Shown: piece after piece, positions 10,201 to 17,527 of the stretch
How the letters are laid out: every line of letters begins with the position of its first letter
Numbering within the stretch: the first letter of the stretch is position 1
IMG/VR virus record: IMGVR_UViG_3300005512_000231
Location: 1 to 29,758 of that record
Direction: 5' to 3' (one strand)
Length of the DNA: 29,758 nt
DNA from: a virus
Taxonomy: Duplodnaviria > Caudoviricetes
Notes under the pieces: generated by a model
The model's database searches: none
What the model saw: the letters and a program-made list of their open reading frames with translations, nothing else
What the model was told of the DNA's origin: nothing
Made by a program: the position numbers and the translations under genes

Positions 10201-13200
10201 AAGAAGGTTGACAACAACATTGTATCTTTTGCACAAACTGCATCAGATTTAAATCTGGACAAGGGCATACTGCAATTTGTTGGTCTTGGAACAGGTGTAT
10301 ATCATAGCGTTAAGACAGTTAGGTCCGATGTTATCATTGGACAAATTGAAAGAAACAATGTCACTGTATCTACAGCATCCACTCACGGATTGTCTCTGAG
10401 AGATAGTGTTAATATTAATTTAAATGTTGGCATTGCTCAGACATTTAAGGTTGTATATAACGATTACAACCGTAGAACTCTTATCAACCCAAGAACGTTT
10501 ACTTTAAGTGACGTAGTTGTTGCTAGAGACACCATTAGAATTGATAGACACACATTTAATAATGGTGAAAAGGTTATCTTTACTGGATCTACAGGTCAAC
10601 TCACAAATGACCAAATTTATTATGTTGTTGTATTTGACAATAATAACATTAGATTATCTAATACTTATTTTGATGCAACACAATCTCTGCCTATCTTTAT
10701 CAATTTTACATCAACGTTTAGTGGTTCAATTGCACCAGTAAATCCCGAAGTTAACTATTGTAAAAATCAAAAAATTATTTTTGACTTGTCTGATCCATCT
10801 CTGTCATACACTTCGCCAAGTGGTGCAACTGAGACAGCATTTAATTTTGACATCTATACAGATCATACCTTTACAAATCCATATCTAACATCAGGGGATG
10901 TTGGAGCATTTAATATTACCAAGACTGGTGTAATTGGTATTGATACAGGCGCAAATGTTTCCCTAGAGACAACATCAGATTCTCCAGGTTTACTTTACTA
11001 TGCTTTGACTCCAGTTCCTGGTGGTTCTGGTCCAACTAAGAATAGTATTATTCAAGATGATGATAAAATTACAAATCCAAATACACTAATTAGAATTTCT
11101 GATAGTTATGCTGGAGAAAAGGTTGTAACCTCAATTGCTGCGACTTCATTTACATATACAATTCCAAGTAGACCAAAGTACGCAACTCATACACCAGAAC
11201 AGTCTACAATCAGTTACGATACTGCATCTACAACAGCAATTGGTGGCATCTCATCTATTAGAGTTACATCTGGTAGTGGTTATATGTCATTGCCAGAGAT
11301 TAGCAATATCGTATCTACTGCTGGAACAGAGGCAATCCTTAATGGTGTTAGCACCAGCATTGGTAAACTCAAGACCGTAGACATTCAAGATATTGGATTT
11401 GATTATCCATCTGACAATAGCGTAAGACCTACAGTAAGAATCTCCAACATTATTGATGTTGATAGATACTTCTCGTTTAAGAGAATTGGTATCTCAAGTG
11501 CTGGAGAGGGATACACCAATCCCGCAGATTTAATCGTCCTTGATAGTATCACTAACAATCAACTTTCTGACGTTAGACTCACATACAAGTTAGGAGATAC
11601 TGAGGTTAAGATTGAGGAGAATACAAGAGATCTCTACAACGTAGAACCAATCATTATCCCAACAAATAACTCAAATGGTGTCGGTATCAATACCATTTCA
11701 TATAACTCATCCAACAGCGAAGTAACTGCTGTCTTGGTTGGATCTTTTGCTACTGTTGGCGGATTCCCAGTTAATGTTGGAGATAAGATTTTTGTTGAGG
11801 GTGCAGCAATACTTGGAACAAATGTTAAAGGATTTAACTCCAAGGATTATAACTATGCATTCTTTACTGTTACTGCAGTTGATCCAAAGTATGGTGGCGT
11901 AAATGCTGAGGTTAAGTATAATCTTGGTGATTATCTAAAGAGTGGAGACGTTGTTGGTTCATTTGATCCAACTAACTCATCTGCAAGAATCGTCACTCAA
12001 AAGACGATGCCATCATTTAGTGTCACATTGCAGCAAAATGACTTCCTTACTGGTGAGACAATTAAGTCGGATAGTGGTGCAACTGGTGTTATTGATAGAT
12101 GGAATCCTATTGCAAGTCATCTAAACATTATTAATCCAACTGGAGCATTTGTTCCTGGAGAAGACATTGAGGGTCAAACATCTGGAACTCGTGCAATCAT
12201 TGCTAACAATATTGCTTTTGAGAGTTCTTATAACCTTGGTTCTTCATCTAAGGTTCAGCAAGGATGGAAGAGATTTACTGGATTCCTGAATAATGATCTC
12301 TCAAGAGTTGAAGATAGTGATTACTATCAATACTTCTCATATGATTTGAAGTCTGAGGTATCTCTTGAGAAGTGGGATGAACCTGTACAAAGTCTGAATC
12401 ACCCTGCTGGATGGAAGAAATTTAGCAATCTGCTGATGGTCAGCAGAGATCAAACTAACATAGGAATCAACACAGATCAAGGTGAAGGAACAGTAACATC
12501 TGTTGTCGATATTATTAGAGAAGTTGATACTAACTGCTACTTTGACTGGGATCTTGCTTCAGAAAATAATCTGTTTATTGATGGATCTATTTCGTCTGAT
12601 GAGATTATCTTTAATAGTCAACTGATTCAAAACTACTTTGAGTCTATTGGTAATAGAGTTCTGAGCATTGACGATATTGGCAATCAGTTCAAGAGTGATG
12701 CAAGAATAGATCCATTCTCTCAGGTAGACACCTATCCACTCACCGACAGAGCAAGAAAGTACATCACATACGTCAAAGATAGACGATTTACCAACGAAAG
12801 ACAATTGATGATGGTCTCTGTTCTCCAAAATGAGTTTGACGGATTCCTGAATCAGTATGGCAGAGTTGAAACTTTATCTGATTTGGGATCTTTTGACTTT
12901 GATATTGTTGGTAGACAGGGCGTACTTAGATTCTATCCAGTCAAGACTGCTGTCAACAACTATGATATCAGTTTAGCATCATACAATAACAACGACGTTG
13001 TGGCAGGTATTGGTAGCACCATTGTAGGATCTGTTGCTGATATTTACACATCACAGACTCCAATCACAGTAGGACTTTCAACAATCCCCGTTGTAAGCAT
13101 CGCTAAGACGTATGCTGGAGCAAAGGTTATTGTATCTGCATCATCTACAGATAACTTCCATCAATTTGATGAGATTACACTACTGAGAGATAATGCTAGA

Positions 13201-16200
13201 AACGTTGGAATGTCTGAGTATGGTAATCTAACCGACTTAAACCTGGTTGCTACATCTACAGTGGGACTTGGAACTTATGATGCAACTATACCAAACAGAG
13301 TTGTAGCAACTATCAGCACCTCAACGTATGCCAACTTCTCTGGTATCATCACGTCAACTGGTGGGTCTGGATCTGGTCCTTTTGGTGGATTTAATATTGG
13401 AGACCATACTCGATTTACTGGAGATGGACAAAGACAACTGACACTTGGACCTATTGATGCAAGAACATTTGATGATGTTAATGTTTACGCGATTGTTGGC
13501 AATGATAGTAATGGTGGTGAGGCACCAGAAGTAACAGATGGTATTAGTCTAAGATACAGCATTGACGGTGGTTCAAATTATGTAAATGCTGGAATCATTG
13601 TTCCATACAATGGTGCAGGTGGTTTAACTACACACACAAAACTCATCCCAGATGCAGCAAAAACTGCATCAACACTGTTTAGATTCCAACAGAACGCAAA
13701 CAGTGGTAATGACTTTGATACTTATGGATTTAAGAATATTAGATTCAACAGTGAGAGAATGATTCTCAACTTCTATCCACACGCGGGTATTGCTGGAACT
13801 GTTAATGCACTGACTGTTGGTCTTGGTATCACTGAGGCAACTGGTATTGGATCTATGACTTTCAACACCAATACTGTTGAAACAATTAGAACCAGTATCG
13901 CATCATCCACTGCTCCAGTTGCGACTAGAATTGCAGGATGGTCATCAGATATCTTTAATGGTGGTTACTTACTCGTAGGCGTCACAGACACAACCAACGA
14001 TGAGCAAGAAATCTTTGAGTTGATGGCAGTCCAGGATGATCTGGACCAGTCAATCTCTGAGTTTGGTAATATAATGACCAACTCTGGTCTTGGAACCGTT
14101 GGTATTGCTTGTACTGATACAACAGTCAAGATTCTCTATACTCCAAATGCAAATATTGATGTAGATGTCAAAGTTTATCAGCACTCAATGCGTTTAGTTG
14201 ATAACTTTAACAATGATACTGGTATTGGATTCAGTAATGGATCAATAAATAGTGGGTTTGGTGATTACATTGGCACAGATCTTGATGTCACTCGTGCATT
14301 TGAGTTGAAGCACAAAACTAAGGATGTCTTCCACAGATATTTTGCACCAACTACTGATCCAAGAGCAGGAGCACCAGTTGATACTGGTACTGTCAATGTA
14401 CTAGCAAATTCAATCACTCTTGAAGAACATTTCTTTGTAACTGGTGAGGAGGTTACTTATTCGTTGCCTACCGCATTGCCAACCTTTGGTGCATTCGCAC
14501 CGATTGGAATTGTTACTACAAATATCCCTGGAGTTGGTTCAACAGATATACTCCCAGTTAATCTTTATATTATCAAGATTGATGATAAGACTGTAAAGGT
14601 TGCTGCTGCAGCATCTGATGCTCTTGCAATTCCACCAAGACCACTTAATTTTGCATCGACTGGTATTGGTGTGTCGCATAGACTGGTATCAACAAAACAG
14701 AATCAAAGAGTTGTCTTGGCGATTGATAATATCATTCAATCTCCTATCGTAAAAACAACTCCTACAACTACCATCTCTACGACTGCAAGTACATTTGATG
14801 ACATCCTAGACTTTACTACTATTGAGGACTATAAGTCTGGAGATCTGGTGCAGATTGATGAAGAGATAATGTTCATCGATGCTGTTAATGATGTTACCAA
14901 CAAGGTTGGAGTAAGAAGAGGGTGGATGGGAACCAATATTGGTGTCCATACGGGTAATGCTGCGATTGAAAAGGTTGTTGGTAACTACAACATCGTTGGC
15001 AACACTGTTAATTTTGCATCTGCTCCATATGGTCCATCTCCAATCGGAACCACAACAAATGAACCCAATGACAGATATTGGGTTGGTATCACAACAAGAT
15101 CAACCTTTAGTGGAAGATCGTTTATGAAGGGCGGAACTCCAAATGGAAATGTTGACACATATAATGACAATTACATCTTGAATGATATTACTCCAGAGTT
15201 TACTGGAGTTGGTACAGAATTTACATTATCTACTGGAAATGCATCATCTCTTACTGGAATCTCCACAAATAATGGTGTTGTGCTTTTAGATGGTATTTTC
15301 CAGTCACCAACAAGATTTAGTGCTCAATCAATTATACAAAACCAATATATGGAGGAGACTGTTGGTGTCACATCAATATTCTTTAACGGTGCTCCAATCG
15401 GAGGACAGATTGTATCAATAGGATCTACTTATGGAAATGGTTATCAACCATTAGTTGCAGCAGGCGGTACAGCAGTTGTATCAATCGCTGGCACCATTGA
15501 GTCGATTGCAATTGGGCTTACTGGATCTGGATATAGATCTGGTATACAAACTGTAAATGTCTCTCTCGCAACGTCTACTGTGGGTCTCTCGACTCTGACT
15601 CCTGTTGGTATTGCATCAGTCCTGAATGGCAACGTAGTTAGCGTACAAATTACAAATCCAGGATCTGGTTATACTTCAACCAATCCACCTGAAGTTGTAT
15701 TTGATGCACCATTCTCATATGAAAACCTGACATTAGATTATGTAAGTGGAACCACTGGTATCGGAACTGGAGCAACTGCAAGCATTGTTGTTGGACAAGG
15801 ATCCAGTGTTATTGATACTATTCTTATCAACAGTGGTCTTGGATATACATTTGGTGATCGCTTGACAGTTGCAGTTGGTGGTACGACTGGAATTCCTACA
15901 GACATCAGCAAACCATTTGAAAACTTTGAAATTACTGTAACTGACACATATTCTCAACAGTTTAGTGGTTGGACTCTTGGTAACTTCCTAGTATTTGATA
16001 AGATTGATAATAGATTTAATGGATTTGAAAGTGAGTTCCCACTCGCTATTGATGGCGTAAGACAATCAATTATTGGATTAAATGGCGTTGATCTTGATCA
16101 AACATTGTTAGTCTTTATCGATAACGTCTTACAAGTCCCTGGTGAGGCATATGAGTTTAACGGTGGAAGCACCATTGTCTTTACGGAACCACCACAAACT

Positions 16201-17469
16201 GGTGATACTTGCACAATTATCTTCTATCGCGGAAATGAATCTGTTGATGTTATAGAAAATGACATCCTTGAGACTGTTAAAGTTGGAGACAAACTCACAT
16301 TAACAAGTGATAATCCATTAGAAAGAGAAGAGGCAAGAACTGCATTCTCTATTGACGCGGTTGATGTCGTCACCACAAATCCATATAGTGGTCCTGGTAT
16401 TATTACAACAGGAGAACTTAGACCAGTTATCTGGTGTAAGCAGAGACAGGACATCACCATAAATGGACAAGATGTCGATAAATCTCGTGAGGAATATGAG
16501 GCAACCATCTTCCCAGCAACAAACGTTATTCAACCAGTTGGTGTTGATGATCAATCAATATATGTCTTAAACACAAGAACATTCTTTGATTCACAAAATG
16601 AAAATCCAACTCCACCAAAGACCAGAACTACTATTCAAATAATGACTTTGGATACGCAGGAATCTGCTACAGCAACTGCTACTATCAGTCCTGGTGGAAC
16701 TGTAACTGGAGTAACTGTTACAAATGCTGGTCTTGGATATACCGAGGCACCCGTAGTAACATTTGAAAGTCCTGTCGGAGTTGGAACAACTGCAACTGCA
16801 ACAGCAACATTGTCTGGAGAAACTGTCGGATCCATCACTGTTACAAACGCAGGAACTGGATATACTCAGGCACCAAACGTATTGGTTGCACACCCAAAAG
16901 CAGTTATTGAGACTATCGATAATGTCAGTTACTCTGGTGATTTTGGAGTCATTGTTGGCATCCAAACCTCAAATGTTAATCCTAGCGAAATCGCATTTGA
17001 CATTCATATCCCATTTGATTCTTATCTAAGAGATACATCAATTGTTGGAACTGCAATCACGATTAGTCAAATTATTGGTGGTGATTACTTTGCTGTTTAT
17101 GGAACTGGTGTTGCTGTTACTACATCTAACTACAATCCTCTGAGAATTGACGACTCTGTAATTGGTATCGTAACTCACAACAGTGATGGTGTTTATCAAG
17201 CAGTCAGAACTGGTGCTGAGGATACAATTATTGCAGGTGTCACAACAACTATCAGAAGAGTTTATTGTAAGATTAGTGAGAGCAACATCTCTGGTGGTTA
17301 TACTCTTGATAGTGATCTTGGTGTTTATAGTTGGGGCAAAATTGGGGTAACTGGTAGATCATCTGGACGTGAATTTAACTTCTATGGAGATGATGGTGTC
17401 GTAGGAATCAAGACCTCTGCATATGTCAGAAGGGTTTTACCATTAGAGAATAGAAACTACCTGGTCTAA
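4237..17469 (+). CDS. gp7: Giant baseplate wedge initiator gp7 (4410 aa, multi-module)
   Basis: Lies between gp6 and gp8. N-terminal ESQLPSWVRDNYP..EFLEGYY and FYVSKGTEQSYEILFRALYG, and internal DSDYYQYFSYDLKS..W...V..LNHPAGWKKF, are gp7-type wedge motifs. Many accessory beta modules are inserted. No stop or frameshift over 13.2 kb. Confidence 0.88.
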   Translation: MVNQRVKISTVVESQLPSWVRDNYPLATEFLEGYYKSQDSQSLPANIVNNIDQYVKVDNLTNLVTQASLGSSISFFDTTIKTDSTEGFPSRYGVIQIDSEVITYAGITTNSFTGCVRGFSGITSYRAPNKSDELVFSSTDAAEHASGSTIKNLSILFLQEFLKKLKRQILPGFEDRKLYDGLDQRLFLKEADSFYVSKGTEQSYEILFRALYGKDVELIRPSDYLFIPSDARYQLVNNLVVEAVDGDPELLYNKTLFQDADQYNKRASGSISKVERIVRGEKTYYTISLDSDYDKDIDVAGGSIKGAFVVNPKTELLNSVSIGATVLDVDSTVGFAATGEIVATLPNGTSQVLEYLSKSTNQFFDVTGVSQAMSDDQELRQNFVAYGYTSSAQVDPVQVRIGAVLEDLVIPDDTYYIDKGDKIQVKTLGDTDQSKKTTIWQYNHKTTFTVESITAQSAALTYDVKTYDDNGIVLGDTVTLTDNTSTSTTFVVQRVKTPNTFTVSGSVLQPTRFYTVTRGLSKGSSSSYPYISNFITNVQNTYLNKDDVYVASNSIPYYPNQTLIPEDYSVTFSGTFSGEDLNIGSHPFMSGDAVNLIGSGLSLSEGVYFVKVVSNSVVKLAASRPNISTNNFFTVTGTITNGKLVKFGFKGKSLQPQGLFRKISDPVNDGTIVDIKTTPVGVLVNGVEIGSYKSEDVVNFGRIDNVEVIAEGEGYDIINPPVLTISDSVGSAAAGNVSVRGGLERIEIIDPGADYLEVPVVTITGGNGTGAKAEATLANFIHEVTFNSIASANQVDLPLNTIAIGSPHKFRDGEHVFYETNGLTPIGGLESNSEYYVGVVDAFRVKLYKTQVDAVTGKNVIDLTSFGVGGHTLRTVDYRKKVGSIRVIDSGKNYENKLRRVAATGINTASNLINIRNHGYDSGDIITYSTSGNEILGLSTAQSYYVTAYDDNQFYLSQVGIGSTTRAQYYNAREYVDLRSQGSGTHSFNYEPIEVNVKGIVGLTTVTTTESIIVDSRTIRSGVVTETATAGQTDFTFTYPARPNRPQLLDVFMDGVRLNDVDYDATSGTQIVLQSPANGTEIVEMVSYASTVRTQYTEVTAGAGQTNFPFIYSPGNLDVLVNGVKLPARDYESDTGTTVILDQGAIAGDSVELIGYPDVIRKEATFTAQDGQTKFTFPHQTEYSLIDVYLNGIKLPVEDYDASNQSFVEILSPVFANDIVYLSYFVLSELVYLGSDFNASVQPIFRGNVETVGLSNNGSNYGSDSIVNYNRQPLFTLNSGKDAELIPIIDQTTGGIQDVVIKNSGSGYNAPPNLVIAGEGLGAIFTPIVKNGILSEIVVVSPGRGYKAENTTVRVVAAGLGAKFEANIKTWTLNEVQRLIEREKVSADDGVLYNQTSGSLEYTHLYAPRQLRKQVYGSKFVNGVETFLPDITFDTTGKEIDSTNHSPIIGWAYDGNPIYGPYGFDTAVGGSVRRMVSGYVPDLKVGRPATSKFPFGMFIEDYAFDNSGDLDEHNGRFCVTPEFPNGVYAYFMTISEDFAQSGAFKNFKTPVFPYVVGQSFKSTPIEFNFLNTSNQNTIDINSNGWFRNTEPYKLESDFAAYQYLFNPNKVRKQNSIVKYAQPGGLDNIDIYNAGQGFRVGDSINFTGGTGRGAFGKVSRLTGKTITSIANSTTYVESIEFVSLDNTGRFIGVAPEPHNLSNLDIVSVTGLSTFRTDLSQNLQIRLPDAPLSLTAGISTASVTGLVTHFSLASIPAYPFILENDILTVDDEQVKVLNIDRAKSRVRVLRAQNSTAGVAHTVASPIAQKSRRVQVNTNYKKSDSSRLDRQLYFEPETTVGLGATWGVGITSTLFLDQVNHQSPVSFDTGSTTILIFQRPQDISNFAGGGYVSIVNPTTPGFAVKNAKVLSVGSTSITVDFDTSALAGAGVTGYLNGVVTQEVPTRTLFIQNHGLATGDKVLYNSNGGTSLIVKRDTAADTSLTQDQELFVKKVDNNIVSFAQTASDLNLDKGILQFVGLGTGVYHSVKTVRSDVIIGQIERNNVTVSTASTHGLSLRDSVNINLNVGIAQTFKVVYNDYNRRTLINPRTFTLSDVVVARDTIRIDRHTFNNGEKVIFTGSTGQLTNDQIYYVVVFDNNNIRLSNTYFDATQSLPIFINFTSTFSGSIAPVNPEVNYCKNQKIIFDLSDPSLSYTSPSGATETAFNFDIYTDHTFTNPYLTSGDVGAFNITKTGVIGIDTGANVSLETTSDSPGLLYYALTPVPGGSGPTKNSIIQDDDKITNPNTLIRISDSYAGEKVVTSIAATSFTYTIPSRPKYATHTPEQSTISYDTASTTAIGGISSIRVTSGSGYMSLPEISNIVSTAGTEAILNGVSTSIGKLKTVDIQDIGFDYPSDNSVRPTVRISNIIDVDRYFSFKRIGISSAGEGYTNPADLIVLDSITNNQLSDVRLTYKLGDTEVKIEENTRDLYNVEPIIIPTNNSNGVGINTISYNSSNSEVTAVLVGSFATVGGFPVNVGDKIFVEGAAILGTNVKGFNSKDYNYAFFTVTAVDPKYGGVNAEVKYNLGDYLKSGDVVGSFDPTNSSARIVTQKTMPSFSVTLQQNDFLTGETIKSDSGATGVIDRWNPIASHLNIINPTGAFVPGEDIEGQTSGTRAIIANNIAFESSYNLGSSSKVQQGWKRFTGFLNNDLSRVEDSDYYQYFSYDLKSEVSLEKWDEPVQSLNHPAGWKKFSNLLMVSRDQTNIGINTDQGEGTVTSVVDIIREVDTNCYFDWDLASENNLFIDGSISSDEIIFNSQLIQNYFESIGNRVLSIDDIGNQFKSDARIDPFSQVDTYPLTDRARKYITYVKDRRFTNERQLMMVSVLQNEFDGFLNQYGRVETLSDLGSFDFDIVGRQGVLRFYPVKTAVNNYDISLASYNNNDVVAGIGSTIVGSVADIYTSQTPITVGLSTIPVVSIAKTYAGAKVIVSASSTDNFHQFDEITLLRDNARNVGMSEYGNLTDLNLVATSTVGLGTYDATIPNRVVATISTSTYANFSGIITSTGGSGSGPFGGFNIGDHTRFTGDGQRQLTLGPIDARTFDDVNVYAIVGNDSNGGEAPEVTDGISLRYSIDGGSNYVNAGIIVPYNGAGGLTTHTKLIPDAAKTASTLFRFQQNANSGNDFDTYGFKNIRFNSERMILNFYPHAGIAGTVNALTVGLGITEATGIGSMTFNTNTVETIRTSIASSTAPVATRIAGWSSDIFNGGYLLVGVTDTTNDEQEIFELMAVQDDLDQSISEFGNIMTNSGLGTVGIACTDTTVKILYTPNANIDVDVKVYQHSMRLVDNFNNDTGIGFSNGSINSGFGDYIGTDLDVTRAFELKHKTKDVFHRYFAPTTDPRAGAPVDTGTVNVLANSITLEEHFFVTGEEVTYSLPTALPTFGAFAPIGIVTTNIPGVGSTDILPVNLYIIKIDDKTVKVAAAASDALAIPPRPLNFASTGIGVSHRLVSTKQNQRVVLAIDNIIQSPIVKTTPTTTISTTASTFDDILDFTTIEDYKSGDLVQIDEEIMFIDAVNDVTNKVGVRRGWMGTNIGVHTGNAAIEKVVGNYNIVGNTVNFASAPYGPSPIGTTTNEPNDRYWVGITTRSTFSGRSFMKGGTPNGNVDTYNDNYILNDITPEFTGVGTEFTLSTGNASSLTGISTNNGVVLLDGIFQSPTRFSAQSIIQNQYMEETVGVTSIFFNGAPIGGQIVSIGSTYGNGYQPLVAAGGTAVVSIAGTIESIAIGLTGSGYRSGIQTVNVSLATSTVGLSTLTPVGIASVLNGNVVSVQITNPGSGYTSTNPPEVVFDAPFSYENLTLDYVSGTTGIGTGATASIVVGQGSSVIDTILINSGLGYTFGDRLTVAVGGTTGIPTDISKPFENFEITVTDTYSQQFSGWTLGNFLVFDKIDNRFNGFESEFPLAIDGVRQSIIGLNGVDLDQTLLVFIDNVLQVPGEAYEFNGGSTIVFTEPPQTGDTCTIIFYRGNESVDVIENDILETVKVGDKLTLTSDNPLEREEARTAFSIDAVDVVTTNPYSGPGIITTGELRPVIWCKQRQDITINGQDVDKSREEYEATIFPATNVIQPVGVDDQSIYVLNTRTFFDSQNENPTPPKTRTTIQIMTLDTQESATATATISPGGTVTGVTVTNAGLGYTEAPVVTFESPVGVGTTATATATLSGETVGSITVTNAGTGYTQAPNVLVAHPKAVIETIDNVSYSGDFGVIVGIQTSNVNPSEIAFDIHIPFDSYLRDTSIVGTAITISQIIGGDYFAVYGTGVAVTTSNYNPLRIDDSVIGIVTHNSDGVYQAVRTGAEDTIIAGVTTTIRRVYCKISESNISGGYTLDSDLGVYSWGKIGVTGRSSGREFNFYGDDGVVGIKTSAYVRRVLPLENRNYLV
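7300..7914 (+). repeat. Three tandem ~68-aa beta modules in gp7
   Basis: TATAGQTDFTFTY..DVFMDGVRL..DYDATSGTQIVL..VEMVSY / TAGAGQTNFPFIY..DVLVNGVKL..DYESDTGTTVIL..GDSVELIGY / TAQDGQTKFTF..DVYLNGIKL..DYDASN..NDIVYLSY. Confidence 0.9.
8434..8907 (+). other. YHYH-like domain (C-terminal part) within gp7
   Basis: HSPIIGWAYDGNPIYGPYG ... GDLDEHNGRFCVTPEFPNGVYAYF ... FPYVVG is the recognisable PF14240-type signature. The namesake motif appears degenerate (LEYTHLY). Confidence 0.75.
13291..13746 (+). other. Reelin-subrepeat-like jelly-roll domain with Asp-box inserted in gp7
   Basis: FTGDGQRQLTLGPID ... GISLRYSIDGGSNY ... IPDAAKTASTLFRFQQ..SG.DFDTYGFKNIRF. Confidence 0.65.
16666..16890 (+). repeat. 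Two tandem ATATA...VTNAGxGYTxAP repeats near the gp7 C-terminus
   Basis: ATATATISPGGTVTGVTVTNAGLGYTEAPVV / ATATATLSGETVGSITVTNAGTGYTQAPNV. Similarity is also visible in the DNA (ctgttacaaa.gc.gg...ggatatac...ggcacc). The GxGY...P unit recurs elsewhere in gp7, gp8 and VrlC. Confidence 0.85.
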
Positions 17470-17497
17470 ATAAATCCAAAGACCATCATATTTGGTT

Positions 17498-17505
17498 GAT
17501 AAATA
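17498..17505 (+). promoter_or_regulatory. Late promoter GATAAATA upstream of gp8
   Basis: NATAAATA consensus in the gp7-gp8 intergenic region, 22 nt before ATG 17528. Confidence 0.8.
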
Positions 17506-17527
17506 AGAAAAAAACGTCCCATAGAAA

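Larger units (their letters stand above)
5986..14460 (+). repeat. Dispersed protein-level repeats H-x-[FLY]-x-x-G-[DE]-x-[VI] in gp7 (FCCH-like small beta modules)
   Basis: HPFMSGDAV (~5992), HKFRDGEHVFY (~6658), HGYDSGDIITY (~6988), HGLATGDKVLY (~10084), HTFNNGEKVIF (~10549) and HFFVTGEEVTY (~14428), plus degenerate HNLSNLDIV and HGLSLRDSV. Most are followed by YYV.......[FIV].L[AS]. Confidence 0.7.

Noticed and set aside
14244-14251. AATAAATA inside gp7
   Set aside because: More than 3 kb from the next start codon with no evident internal start; an occasional match is expected in AT-rich DNA.
17476-17495. CCAAA...TTTGG inverted repeat between gp7 and gp8 as a terminator
   Set aside because: Only a 5-bp AT-rich stem with a 10-nt loop and no real U-tract.
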